A stretch of DNA of 64,000 nucleotides from Alphaproteobacteria bacterium (GTDB taxonomy: Bacteria > Pseudomonadota > Alphaproteobacteria > Bin95), in assembly GCA_963665325.3 (NCBI GenBank), contig OZ224045.1, forward strand, positions 1,824,001-1,888,000. Direction: 5' to 3'. A program made the position numbers and the translations under genes. Shown here one piece after another: positions 1 through 10,041 of this stretch (position 1 is the stretch's first letter; the number at the start of each line of letters is the position of its first letter). The notes under the pieces were generated by a model. That model was given only the letters and a program-made list of their open reading frames with translations, did not search any database and was not told the DNA's origin.

Positions 1-1
1 C

Positions 2-499
2 GACCGCCGGCCTGGCCTCGCTCTCATGCCACTTGCGCCGGCGCTTGCGTACCAGCCCGCGAGCCCGCATCGCCCGGGTCAGCGTCGCGTAGGACGGTAT
101 CGGGCCGAGCTCGGGATCGGCCTCGACCCGCGCGGCCAGATTCTCGTGATGAAGCTGCGCCGACCACGACGGATGCGCCCGGTACTGCTCGTGCAGCGCC
201 TCGATCAGCGTCGGCGACATCGCGCGCGGGCGCCCGGCATCGGCGCGCGGGCGCCGCTTGAGCGCCCCCACCGGATCGTTGTCCGCCGCCCGCGCCTGGT
301 AGTACCAGCGCTCGATCGTGGACACCGCGAAGCGCACCCGGCCCTTGCCGGACGGGTGATCCCACTCGCGTTCGGCAAGCCGCTCAAGCTCGGCGTGCAG
401 CCGCCCCGCCGGCGGCGGCGAGGCCAGAAGCGGCCCGACCACCGCGAAGCGCAACCGCGCCCACCGGTCGCGACGCTCGCTCCCGTCGTTGCTGTTCAT
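2..499 (-). CDS. DDE-type (Mu/IS481-like) integrase/transposase, N-terminal part; runs off the window edge
   Basis: Manual translation from the ATG at 499 gives MNSNDGSERRDRWARLRFAVVGPLLASPPP...RFAVSTIERWYYQAR...RRPRADAG...HPSWSAQLH..., the HTH-bearing N-terminus typical of these transposases. No stop before the window start, so it is absent from the ORF track. Confidence 0.75.
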   Translation of the reverse strand, partial: MNSNDGSERRDRWARLRFAVVGPLLASPPPAGRLHAELERLAEREWDHPSGKGRVRFAVSTIERWYYQARAADNDPVGALKRRPRADAGRPRAMSPTLIEALHEQYRAHPSWSAQLHHENLAARVEADPELGPIPSYATLTRAMRARGLVRKRRRKWHESEARPAV

Positions 500-547
500 T
501 CCGGCATCCCCCTCGCTGCTTCGTGGAGGTGCCGATGATGCGGTGCC

Positions 548-1162
548 CTATCCGTGCATCATAGAAACGCTTTCTGCGGGCGAAGCCGGACCTGCGCCGA
601 GCGCGCAAAAGCCGGTCCACGGCATCAGCCAGACCAGGCTCCGCAGCAGCCGCGAGCGGAAGCCACGGCCCCGCATGATGCGCAGCAGCCGGCGCAGCGG
701 CGCCTCTTCGGGCGGCGCCGCCAGCTCGCCCCGTCTCGCCTGCCACTCCCGGGTCAGCGGGAAGGCTTCCAGCCACCAGCGCCGCCAGCGCTTCAGCGTC
801 GAGGCCGGAACCCCGCACCGCCGCGCGATCGTCTGCAACCGCGCGCCGCCGGCCACAGCCAGCGCACTCACCACAAGGAACAGCGCCCCGACGTAAAAGC
901 GCCTGCCGAAGAAACGCACCGACGGCGGCTTCACGCGGCGTCGGCACACCGAACAGCACAGGCTGAAGCGCCGAACGTCGTTCCGAAGATTCGCCGCCAG
1001 ACCGTGCGGCTTGCGCGGGTAGCTCGCGCTGTGAAGCGCGCCGCCGCAGCGCGGGCAACCCGCCGCCCGGCACGCCTCCGCCTCGGCCGCGTCGACCTGC
1101 TTCAGAAAATCCCAAACCCGGGCGTTGGAGAGATTGGAGTGCCGGAACAGCTTGTGCGACAT
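548..1162 (-). CDS. Transposon accessory protein with Cys-rich Zn-finger and HTH (DUF6431-like)
   Basis: CPRCGG, YPRKP, RFSLCCSVCRRR, PPSVRFFGRR and TLKRWRRWW motifs; lies directly upstream of the transposase. Confidence 0.65.
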   Translation of the reverse strand: MSHKLFRHSNLSNARVWDFLKQVDAAEAEACRAAGCPRCGGALHSASYPRKPHGLAANLRNDVRRFSLCCSVCRRRVKPPSVRFFGRRFYVGALFLVVSALAVAGGARLQTIARRCGVPASTLKRWRRWWLEAFPLTREWQARRGELAAPPEEAPLRRLLRIMRGRGFRSRLLRSLVWLMPWTGFCALGAGPASPAESVSMMHG

Positions 1163-1309
1163 TGGGGCCGTCTCAGGTTGATGTCACTGTCACCGAGACA
1201 AGCCCTCCGGCGGCCTTCTTGCAAGATCGCCGGGGGGCACCCAATCCAAAACCTCGATTAATCCGAGCCGATCAGCCCCTGATCGCCGCTGAAAGCCTGC
1301 GCCCGCTCA

Positions 1310-2737
1310 GCCGGGGCGGAAGAGGCGTTCGCCTGGGAATCGGACGGGCACGGCGAGTTCACGATCGCGGAGGCGGAGCGGGAAGCGCGCGGAACCGAGA
1401 TCGTGCTGTATCTCAGGGAAGGCGAAGACGAGTTCCTGGAGCCGGCGCGGCTTCGCTCGGTGGTCAAGACCTATTCCGACCATATCGCCATTCCGGTCGA
1501 GATGGACGGCGAGACGGTCAACGCCGCCTCGGCGCTCTGGACCCGGCCCCGCAACGAGATCGAGCCGGAGCAATATGCCGAGTTCTACCGGCAGGTGGGG
1601 CATGCCTTCGACGAGCCCTGGCTTACGCTGCATTTCCGCGCCGAGGGCGTGATCGAATATTCGGGCCTGCTGTTCGTTCCGACTTCGCGCCCCTTCGACC
1701 TCTTCAACCCCGACCGCAAGTCGGCGCTCAAGCTCTATGTGAAGCGCGTCTTCATCACCGACGATGCGCCGGAACTGGTCCCGGCCTGGCTGCGCTTCCT
1801 GCGCGGCGTGGTCGATAGCGAGGACCTGCCGCTCAACCTCTCGCGCGAAATGCTCCAGCGGAACCCGGTGCTGCGGCGCATCCGCGACGGGCTGGTGCGC
1901 CGAGTGCTGGGCGAACTCAAGACCAAGGCCGAGGCGGACAAGGAAGGTTACGAGGCTTTCTGGGAAGCCTTCGGGCCGGTGCTGAAGGAAGGGCTCTACG
2001 AGGATTCCGGCCAGCGGGAGGCGCTGCTGGAGCTGGCGCGCTTCCGCTCGACCGCTTCGGAGGACTGGACGACGCTCGCGGCCTATGTCGAGCGGATGCG
2101 AGAGGGCCAGGAGGCGATCTACTACATCGCCGGCGAGGAGGGCGCCGCGCTCGCCGGCAGCCCCCACCTGGAAGGCTTCCGGGCCCGCAAGGTCGAGGTG
2201 CTGCTGTTGCAGGACCCGGTGGACGATTTCTGGGTGTCCGCCGTCGGCGAGTATGACGGCAAGGGGTTGGTTTCCGTTTCGCGCGGCGGCATAGACCTGA
2301 GCGCGATTCCGCCGGTCGAGGACGAGTCCCCGAAGGAGGATGCCGACGCGGATGCGGATATCGCCTCGCTGGTCGCGCTCTTCAAGGTGACGCTGGGTGA
2401 GGCGGTCAAGGATGTGCGCGGCTCGGAGACGCTGACCGAGAGCGCTGTGCGCCTGGTGGCGGACGAGGGCGACATGGACCTGCATCTGGAACGCATGCTG
2501 CGCCGCCACGGCCAGATCGACAGCGCTATGTCGCGCCGGGTGCTGGAGCTCAATCCGCGCCACCGGCTGGTGCAGGGCCTTGCGCGCTCCATGGCTGCGG
2601 GCGAGGACCGGGCCGCGCAGCTTGCGCCCCTGCTGCTGGACCAGGCCCGCATCGCCGAGGGTGAAACACCGGACGACCCCGCCGCCTTCGCGCGCCGCCT
2701 CGCCGATGCCCTGGCGGACAGCCTGCCGGGCGAGTGA
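1310..2737 (+). pseudogene. htpG: htpG (Hsp90) 3' remnant lacking most of the N-terminal ATPase domain
   Basis: Frame reads AGAEEAFAWESDG..RGTEIVLYL..ASALWTR..LKLYVKRVFITD..LPLNLSREMLQ. In-frame TGA at 1280; no start codon or N-terminus present. Confidence 0.85.
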
Positions 2738-2743
2738 CGGGAC

Positions 2744-3481
2744 TCAATACCGGACGCGGGTCAGGCAGAGGCCGTGGGGCGGGGCGGTCGGGCCGGCGGC
2801 GGGGCGCGAGGCGGCTTCGAGCGCCGCCGACACATCGTCGGGCGTGCGCTTCCCGACGCCCGCTTCGCGCAAGGTGCCGGCGATAATGCGCATCTGGTGG
2901 TGCAGGAAGGAGCGCGCCTCCGCATAGAGCACGATCTCTTCGCCCTCGCGGCGAATATCGAGGCGGTCGAGCGTGCGGACAGGCGAGTCCGCCTGGCATT
3001 CCGAGGAGCGGAAGCTGGTGAAATCGTGCCGTCCGAGCAGGCGTTTGGCAGCCCGGTCCATCGCGCCGGCGTCGAGAGGCGTGCCGACATGCCAGACCCG
3101 GCCCCGCTCCAGCGCCGGCGGCGCGCGGCGGTTCAGGATACGGAAGCGGTAGGCGCGGCCGGTAGCGGAGAACCGCGCGTGGAAGTCCGGTGCGGCCTCT
3201 TCGGCCTCCAGCACCGAAACCGGCTGGTGGCCCAGATGGTGGTTGACCGCATCGCGCAGCACCGCCGGCCGTCGCGTCCCCTCGAGGTCCAGATGCGCGA
3301 CCTGGCCCTCGGCATGGACGCCGGCATCGGTGCGCCCGGCGCCCTGGACCCGCACCCGTTCGCCGCAGAAGCGGAACACGGCCTCCTCCAGTGCCGACTG
3401 CACCGAGGGGCCGTTCGCCTGGGCCTGCCACCCGACGAACGGCCCGCCGTCATACTCAACGAGAATGCGGTAGCGCGGCAT
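2744..3481 (-). CDS. truA: tRNA pseudouridine(38-40) synthase
   Basis: EYDG..GWQ, GAGRTDAGVHA, FHARFSA, SFLHHQMR, GPTAPPHGL. Confidence 0.95.
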   Translation of the reverse strand: MPRYRILVEYDGGPFVGWQAQANGPSVQSALEEAVFRFCGERVRVQGAGRTDAGVHAEGQVAHLDLEGTRRPAVLRDAVNHHLGHQPVSVLEAEEAAPDFHARFSATGRAYRFRILNRRAPPALERGRVWHVGTPLDAGAMDRAAKRLLGRHDFTSFRSSECQADSPVRTLDRLDIRREGEEIVLYAEARSFLHHQMRIIAGTLREAGVGKRTPDDVSAALEAASRPAAGPTAPPHGLCLTRVRY

Positions 3482-4394
3482 CGGTCAGATCCGTCCCTGC
3501 CGGCAGGGCGAAGCCGCGCAGGAAGGCAGCTGTCTCCATGGCCGAACGCCCCGGCCGCTGTAGGCGCAGCAGGCGCAACACGCCCTCGCCGCAGGCAATC
3601 GCAGCGCCTTCGTCCAGCACGCGGCCGGGCGGCCCGCCGCCGGTTTCGACCGCGGCGGCCTCGACCCTGATGCTCTCGCCCCGAAAGGCGAAGCGAGCGC
3701 CCGGCCGCGGGGCGAAGGCGCGCACCCGCCGCTCCAGTTCGCGCGCCGGGCGGGTCCAGTCCAGAAGGCTGTCCTCCCGCGCGAGTTTCGGCGCCCAGGT
3801 GACGCCGGCCTCCGGCTGCGGCACCGGTTTCAGGCGGCCGCCAGCCAGCCCGGACAGCGCTTCCACGACGGCTTCTGCGCCGAGCTGCGCCAGCCGGTCA
3901 TGCAGGTCCCCGCCGGTCGTCTCCGGCCCGATGGAAATCCGCCGCGCCAGGAACACAGGCCCCGTGTCCAGGCCCTCGTCCATCGCCATGACGGAAATGC
4001 CAGTCTTGCGGTCGCCGGCCAGGATTGCATGCTGAATCGGTGCCGCTCCCCGCCAGCGCGGCAGCAGCGAGGCGTGGACATTCAGGCAGCCGAAGCGCGG
4101 CGCGGCCAGGATTGCCGGCGGTAGCAGCAGCCCGTAAGCGGCGGTAACGGTGGCGTCGAGACCGAGCGCAGCGAAGTCGCTCTGGAGCGCGGGATCGCGG
4201 AGGCTGGCGGGCGTTGCAACCGGAATGCCGCGCGGCTCCGCGAAGGCCTGCACCGGCGAGGGCCGGAGCTTGCGGCCGCGGCCGGCCGGGCGAGGCGGCT
4301 GCGCGTAGACCCGCACGATTTCATGGCCTGCGTCCAGCAGGGCTTCGAGGGCCGGCAGGGCGAAATCCGGCGTGCCCAGAAAGGCGAGGCGCAC
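3456..4394 (-). CDS. fmt: Methionyl-tRNA formyltransferase
   Basis: FLGTPDFA, NVHASLLPRWRGAAPI, MDEGLDTG; def-fmt-truA synteny. Confidence 0.95.
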   Translation of the reverse strand: MRLAFLGTPDFALPALEALLDAGHEIVRVYAQPPRPAGRGRKLRPSPVQAFAEPRGIPVATPASLRDPALQSDFAALGLDATVTAAYGLLLPPAILAAPRFGCLNVHASLLPRWRGAAPIQHAILAGDRKTGISVMAMDEGLDTGPVFLARRISIGPETTGGDLHDRLAQLGAEAVVEALSGLAGGRLKPVPQPEAGVTWAPKLAREDSLLDWTRPARELERRVRAFAPRPGARFAFRGESIRVEAAAVETGGGPPGRVLDEGAAIACGEGVLRLLRLQRPGRSAMETAAFLRGFALPAGTDLTDAALPHSR

Positions 4395-4400
4395 CGGCCC

Positions 4401-4916
4401 TCAGTCCTTCTTGCGGCGCTTCGACTTCTCCAGCCGTCGCAGGATCACGCCGCGCTTGATTGCAGACAGATAGTCCACATGCAGCACGCCGTTCAGATGG
4501 TCGATCTCATGCTGGAGGCAGCGCGCGCGCAGGCCGTCGACCTCGATCTCCTGCGCCGTCCCGTTCTCGTCGAGATAGGCAACCCGCGCAGCCTCCGGCC
4601 GGTCGACGTCCACATAGATTTCCGGCAGCGACAGGCAGCCTTCATTGCCGGTGACAATCTCGTCGGAGCACCAGACGATTTCCGGATCGACCAGCTTCAG
4701 CGGGTCCGGTTCTTCCTCGTCGCGTGCGCAATCCATTACCACGAGGCGCTTCAGCACCCCGACCTGCGGGGCCGCCAGACCGACGCCGGGCGCGGCGTAC
4801 ATGGTCTCCAGCATGTCGTCGAGCAGGCGCCGGGTCGCATCGTCCACCTCGCCCAGGGGAGTGCATTTCGTTCGCAGCCGCCGGTCAGGGGCGATCAGGA
4901 TGTCGAGTTTCGCCAT
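4401..4916 (-). CDS. def: Peptide deformylase
   Basis: GVGLAAPQVG, EGCLS and QHEIDHLNG motifs; start placed at MAKLDIL. Confidence 0.95.
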   Translation of the reverse strand: MAKLDILIAPDRRLRTKCTPLGEVDDATRRLLDDMLETMYAAPGVGLAAPQVGVLKRLVVMDCARDEEEPDPLKLVDPEIVWCSDEIVTGNEGCLSLPEIYVDVDRPEAARVAYLDENGTAQEIEVDGLRARCLQHEIDHLNGVLHVDYLSAIKRGVILRRLEKSKRRKKD

Positions 4917-4978
4917 AGTCCGCAGGTCGTCGATTTCGCGGCGCCTTATGCCACGGCGCGCCGCCTCCCGGAAGCCCG

Positions 4979-5539
4979 CTACACCGCCACCCAGCCGGGC
5001 GGCGGCTCGCGACCGGGATGGATTGCGCCGCATCCGCCGCAAGTCCGGGCGGTTTCGTCGACATAGAACGCATCGAACAGCGGCGGCAAATCCGTGACGA
5101 TGTTGCCGACCGGCAGTTCCACCCGGTGCACGAGGGCGCCGCATTCGAAGCAGAACCACTCGAACCCGTCCAACATACCGCCGACACGGGGCGCCTCGAC
5201 CACCAGCCCGACCGATCCCGGCACCGGGCGCTGCGGGGAATGGCGCACATGGGGCGGCAGCAGGAAGACTTCGCCCGCCCGGATCGGGACATCGTAGATT
5301 CGTCCCTCTTCGGCGACCTTGAGGATCATGTCGCCTTCCAGCTGATAGAAGAACTCCTCGACGGGATCGTCGTGGAAGTCCACCCGCTGGTTCGGGCCGC
5401 CCACCACCATCACCGTCATGCCGGCCTCCTCGAAGACCAGCTTGTTGCCGACCGGCGGTTTCAGCAGGTCGCGGTGTTCGTCGATCCAGCGCCGGAAATC
5501 GAAGGGACTCAGGCGAGGGTGCTGCATATGGCCTGCCAT
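4979..5539 (-). CDS. nbaC: 3-hydroxyanthranilate 3,4-dioxygenase family
   Basis: LKPPVGNK, VGGPNQRVDFH, EEFFYQLEG, HSPQR and two CxxC motifs. Confidence 0.9.
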   Translation of the reverse strand: MAGHMQHPRLSPFDFRRWIDEHRDLLKPPVGNKLVFEEAGMTVMVVGGPNQRVDFHDDPVEEFFYQLEGDMILKVAEEGRIYDVPIRAGEVFLLPPHVRHSPQRPVPGSVGLVVEAPRVGGMLDGFEWFCFECGALVHRVELPVGNIVTDLPPLFDAFYVDETARTCGGCGAIHPGREPPPGWVAV

Positions 5540-5552
5540 CGTGACTCCCCCC

Positions 5553-6527
5553 TTATTCCGCGGCGCTGCGCATCGCTTCGAGCCCGCAACTCTCGAACGC
5601 CTGCCGCGTGGCCTGTTTCTCGGCGTCTGTCAATTCCAGCATGGGCGGCCGCACCGGCCCGCCAACCTGGCCGAGCAGTTCCTGCCAGTATTTCTGGTGT
5701 GCGTGCGGCTTGGCGCCGGGACGGGTTCGCTTCAGGGCCTCCCTCACCGGGTTCAGGCTGTCGCGGACGCGCTTGGCCTGCTCCGCCTCTCCCGCCAAGG
5801 CGAGATCGGTGTAGAGGCGCATCCGGCGGTCTGCGGCCGTCTGCAGGAGATAGGGAGGCGAGGAACACAGGTACAGCTGCCAGCCGAGTTCCAGGATGTT
5901 GTCGAGCCATTCCTCCTCGGACGCCGTGCTGACCAGGATCCGGTCGCCCGCGAGGCGCGTCAGCTGGGCATACATCTCCCTGGGCACGCTGTATTTGATC
6001 GCGACGATATTGGGGAGTTCGGCGATCCGCGCGCAGAGTTCCGGGCTCATCAGGTAGCCGCTGTCGGGATGGCTCCACATGGCGATTCCGATCTCCACGG
6101 ACTCGCTGACCGTTCGGTAATACTCGAAGAGCAGGTCGTTGCGGTCGGTCACGAAGCTCAGCACCGGTGCATGTACGACTATGTAGTCGGCGCCCACTGC
6201 CTGGGCATGGCGGGCAAGGTCGATCACCGTGTCCATGTTCTGGTCGGAGCAGGACATGATGGTGCCTGCTCTGCTGTCCCTCGTCTCATCGACCGCGATC
6301 TCGAAGACGCGCTTACGCTCCTCGACCGACATCGAGAAATACTCGCCCTGCTTTCCGGCGATGAACAGCCCGTCAATCCCGAGGTCATCGACCCAGTGGC
6401 GGATGTTGGCGCGCATGCCCGCTTCGTCTATCGACAGGTCGTCCCGGAAAGGTTGCAGGGCAGCCGCCCAGATGCCCTTCATGTCGGCGTGAGCGTAGGC
6501 CTTGGCCTCGTCCCGGCGATATTTCAC
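5553..6527 (-). CDS. Dihydrodipicolinate synthase family (class I aldolase-like) protein
   Basis: GxxGE-like GKQGEYFSMS..ERK; Schiff-base Lys region NIVAIKYS. Confidence 0.85.
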   Translation of the reverse strand: MKYRRDEAKAYAHADMKGIWAAALQPFRDDLSIDEAGMRANIRHWVDDLGIDGLFIAGKQGEYFSMSVEERKRVFEIAVDETRDSRAGTIMSCSDQNMDTVIDLARHAQAVGADYIVVHAPVLSFVTDRNDLLFEYYRTVSESVEIGIAMWSHPDSGYLMSPELCARIAELPNIVAIKYSVPREMYAQLTRLAGDRILVSTASEEEWLDNILELGWQLYLCSSPPYLLQTAADRRMRLYTDLALAGEAEQAKRVRDSLNPVREALKRTRPGAKPHAHQKYWQELLGQVGGPVRPPMLELTDAEKQATRQAFESCGLEAMRSAAE

Positions 6528-6684
6528 GGTGTCCGTCCTCCGCTGCGCCTGCGGGTCCCTGCCTCAGGAACCCCAGCCAGTATGGAGGCTATCCCGGTAT
6601 TTCGACAACGAATTGCTCGTTGGCCGGCTATCGGCGGGAAGGGCCTTCGGCGCCGGCCGCGCTGCAGGCCCTTGTTGCGCTCCG

Positions 6685-8028
6685 TCAGAAGGCGGCGTCG
6701 CGGCCGCGCGCCTTGGCAACCTCGCGGGCGTTGGGGTTGGCAGAGGGCCGGAAGGGCATTTCGCACACTTCTGCCGCCACCGGCTGTCCCGGCTCTTGGG
6801 CGTAGCAGTCCGGCAGCCAGACCTCATATTCGGTGCCGATGCCCGACTTCTCTACCGGTACATAGCCCATGGATATGTTGCAGCCGAGCTCGGGCGAGTA
6901 CCAGGGCGAGGTAAGATAACCGACAGGCTCGCCGCCGCCCGGCTCCGATACCAGCCAGAAGTCCGGCGCATAGTCGTCGATGGGCTTGCCGCCCATGCGC
7001 AGACCCACAAGCTGCTGACACCAGGGCGGATTGCCTGCCTCCAGCTCAGCGCGCATGCGTTCCAGGGCCGGTTTGCCGATATAGTCCGCGGTCTTCTTGC
7101 GCGGCACCTGGTAACCGAGATTGCACTGGAAGGGGTTGGTCTCGTGGTCGAGATCCTGACCCCAGGAGAGGATACCGGCGGCGATACGGCGCTGGTGGCC
7201 CGGCGCGATCACCATCAGATTGTGCGCCCTGCCGGCTTCCAGCACAGCTTCCCACATGGCGTTGGCGTGCAGGGTGGAGTCGCGCAGGTAAATCTCATAA
7301 CCCTTTTCGCCGGAGAAGCCCGTCTGAGAGATGACGACGGAGCAGCCGCCGACCGCTGCCTCCAGAATGCCGTAGAACGGAATGTCGTAGATTGCAGGAC
7401 CGACCAGGTCGGCCATCAACGCCTCCGATTTCGGCCCCTGGATCTGGACCGGGCAGACGTCGATCTCGTCGATCTCGACATTCATCCGCGCGCCGACATT
7501 GACGCCTTGGAGCCAGAACAGAATGTCGCTGTCCGACAGCGAGAACCAAAACTCGTCCTCGGCCAGTCGCAACAGCACGGGATCGTTGAGTATGCCGCCC
7601 TTCTCATTGCAGAGGATGACATATTTACCGTGCATCGGCTGGATGCGGGCGGCATCGCGGGTGATGACATAGTTCACGAAGCGCTCGGCGTCCGGGCCCT
7701 TCACGCGGATCTGGCGCTCGACCGCGACGTTCCACATCGTCACATGCTTGGTCAGCGCTTCGTATTCGACCGACGCTCCGCCGTCTTCCGGGCGCACATA
7801 GCCGCGCGGGTGATAGACGCGGTTATAGACGGTCGCCCGCCAGCAGCCGGCCTCGTGGCTCAGATGCCAGTAGGGCGATTTGCGGACCCGGGTGGAGATC
7901 AGCAATTCGGTTGGCGTCGGCCCGCTCTGCCTCAGGTTGAAGGGCACGACGCGGTCGGACTGATCTACACTCACCGCCTGGTCCCTGCGGTAGCGGGAAT
8001 CGAGGCTCAGGGTATCATCGAGGGGCAT
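6685..8028 (-). CDS. GcvT/aminomethyltransferase-family THF-dependent demethylase (DmdA-like)
   Basis: VERQIRVKGPDA, GGILNDP, QIQGPKS, SQTGFSGEKGYEI. Confidence 0.8.
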   Translation of the reverse strand: MPLDDTLSLDSRYRRDQAVSVDQSDRVVPFNLRQSGPTPTELLISTRVRKSPYWHLSHEAGCWRATVYNRVYHPRGYVRPEDGGASVEYEALTKHVTMWNVAVERQIRVKGPDAERFVNYVITRDAARIQPMHGKYVILCNEKGGILNDPVLLRLAEDEFWFSLSDSDILFWLQGVNVGARMNVEIDEIDVCPVQIQGPKSEALMADLVGPAIYDIPFYGILEAAVGGCSVVISQTGFSGEKGYEIYLRDSTLHANAMWEAVLEAGRAHNLMVIAPGHQRRIAAGILSWGQDLDHETNPFQCNLGYQVPRKKTADYIGKPALERMRAELEAGNPPWCQQLVGLRMGGKPIDDYAPDFWLVSEPGGGEPVGYLTSPWYSPELGCNISMGYVPVEKSGIGTEYEVWLPDCYAQEPGQPVAAEVCEMPFRPSANPNAREVAKARGRDAAF

Positions 8029-8217
8029 GGGCTTCGCGCCTCCGCAACGGGAATCGGGATACCAGATTCGGCGCGCAGTCGAAGCAGAATGCGCCCGTTC
8101 GCGACGAGTTTCGCGGGCGATACGACAGAAATTAGTTTCCACCGCACACGGAACCGATTGACAAGCCGCCAACGCGGCGTCATTTGGACTTTAGGAACAT
8201 CTTGCCGGAGTCGGCCG

Positions 8218-9243
8218 ATGGCTGGCGATCAGGTCTTCCGCGGAAGCGACGGCGCACCCGTTGAGGTGACACTCCTTCCGATTCCGAACTTCTCACTCTC
8301 GAGTTTCACGGCGCTGGTCGAGCCTTTGCGCCTTGCGAACTACGTTGCGGAGCGTCCGCATTACAGCTGGCGCGTCGTGACGCCCGAGGGCGCGCCGGTG
8401 CGCTCCAGCTGCGGTGTCGCGGTTGCGGCGGATGAGCCGGCCGAACGTCTCCAGCGACCGGAGAATGTCGTCATCTGCGGCGGCGTGGACGGCTGGGCGT
8501 ACGAGGACCCGGCCGCGCTTGCGCTGCTGCGCCGCTGGGCGCGGGACGGTGCGCATGTGGGCGCGGCCTGTACCGGCGCCTATGTGCTTGCGCGGGCCGG
8601 CCTGTTGCGCGACCGGCGTTGCACCATCCACTGGGAGAGCCTGGACGGCTTTGCCGAGCGCTTTCCCGATATCGACCTGCGGGCGGCGCTGTTCGAGATC
8701 GACCGGGACCGGTTCACCTGCACGGGCGGGGCGGCGGCCTGCGATATGGTCCTCCAGGACATTTCGTGGCGTTTCGGGCCCGAGCTCACGGCAGCGGTGG
8801 CCGGCCATCTCCTCCATGACCGAGTCCGCAGCGGCCGCGACGAGCGTTACCTGCCGCACCAGGCCTGGCTCCGGACAAGCCATCCGGTGCTGGTGAAAGC
8901 GCTGACCGCCATGGCCGAGCATCGCGAGGATCGCCTTTCGCTGGTCGAGATTGCCCGCGCGGCCAATGTCTCGCCGCGCCAGCTCGAGCGGTTGTTCCGG
9001 CGCTATCTCGATTCGACGCCGGCGCGCTGGTATTTGCGAATGCGCCTCACGCGGGCGCGCCAATTGCTGATTGAGACGCAGATGCCGGTGACTTGGATCG
9101 CCGTCGCCTGCGGTTTCGGCTCGACCTCGCATTTCTCGAAGAATTACAGACAATTCTTCGGCGTGTGTCCGCGCGAGGAGCGCCGCCAGCGCCGCGCGGC
9201 GCGCGAACCAACGGCCCCGCCGCCACTGAGCCGCGCGGCCTAG
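8218..9243 (+). CDS. GlxA-family transcriptional regulator (DJ-1 domain plus AraC HTH)
   Basis: EPLRLAN, CTGAYVLARAGLL..CTIHWE, SPRQLERLF, ACGFGSTSHFS. Confidence 0.9.
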   Translation: MAGDQVFRGSDGAPVEVTLLPIPNFSLSSFTALVEPLRLANYVAERPHYSWRVVTPEGAPVRSSCGVAVAADEPAERLQRPENVVICGGVDGWAYEDPAALALLRRWARDGAHVGAACTGAYVLARAGLLRDRRCTIHWESLDGFAERFPDIDLRAALFEIDRDRFTCTGGAAACDMVLQDISWRFGPELTAAVAGHLLHDRVRSGRDERYLPHQAWLRTSHPVLVKALTAMAEHREDRLSLVEIARAANVSPRQLERLFRRYLDSTPARWYLRMRLTRARQLLIETQMPVTWIAVACGFGSTSHFSKNYRQFFGVCPREERRQRRAAREPTAPPPLSRAA

Positions 9244-9432
9244 AGGCCGGCCTCCGACAGGACGGGCGCGCAAGCTTCATGCGTCGCGACACGGGGTTCG
9301 AGCGCCTGCTGCCTCCTGCGACAATGGATTTCGACCCCGCAGGCGCTGCCGTTGCGATGCGGTCTGGCCTGCGGACTGAGAGGCGGGCATATTCGCCACT
9401 ATTCGAACCGGTAACGCACACGGAGCTGACCG

Positions 9433-9969
9433 ATGAAGACTGCGGCCGACTTGCTCATGTCGTTTGTACTGGTTGGCGTATTCGCCTTGGCCTCGGTTTC
9501 GGCGACGGCGCAGCATTCACACGGGACCTCGCGATATGCGCATGGACAAAGCGCCGAAATCCCGAGCCTGACGCCTAAGGAGGTTAGCGAACTGCGGAAC
9601 GGAGAAGGCATGGGTCTGGCGAGGCCAGCAGAACTCAACCGCTTTCCGGGGCCGAAGCACCTTCTCGAACTCACGGGGGAAATCGGTCTCACCGGCGAGC
9701 AGTCCCGGCGCATCAAGGCAATTTACAAGAAAATGAAAGAGCGGGCGGTCGCGAAGGGTGAGAACATCTTGATGGTGGAACGGCACCTTGCGGGCCTGTT
9801 CGCCTCGGGAGGGCCGACGGCTGTGAAAGTGACGCAGGTGACCGGGCAACTTGGGATCATGCGGGGGGAGTTGAGGGCAATCCATCTGCTTGCGCATATC
9901 GAGGCGACCCGCGAGCTCACCCCTGCACAGATCGAGGGCTATCAGCGGCTCAGAGGCTACTCGCATTGA
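9433..9969 (+). CDS. Periplasmic Spy/CpxP-like protein
   Basis: Signal peptide; GEGMGLARPAELNRFPGPKH; LTxxQ repeats (LTGEQ, LTPAQ). Confidence 0.7.
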   Translation: MKTAADLLMSFVLVGVFALASVSATAQHSHGTSRYAHGQSAEIPSLTPKEVSELRNGEGMGLARPAELNRFPGPKHLLELTGEIGLTGEQSRRIKAIYKKMKERAVAKGENILMVERHLAGLFASGGPTAVKVTQVTGQLGIMRGELRAIHLLAHIEATRELTPAQIEGYQRLRGYSH

Positions 9970-10041
9970 CCGCAACGGAATGCTTGACCCTCGCTCGGCC
10001 CGTCAGCCCTTGTCCTCGATTCTCGATCGCTAGAAGCCCGG

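Larger units (their letters stand above)
1..1309 (-). mobile_element. One end of a multi-gene DDE transposon inserted in htpG
   Basis: Accessory gene plus transposase. The sequence ends ...CCCGCTCA at 1309 (5'-TG on the minus strand), where HtpG-like codons resume. Subterminal palindrome GATCAG-CCC-CTGATC at 1270-1284. Confidence 0.6.

Noticed and set aside
6502-8217. 913-aa ORF as a fusion regulator
   Set aside because: The N-terminal part is the antisense shadow of the GcvT-like gene; the real GlxA gene starts at 8218.
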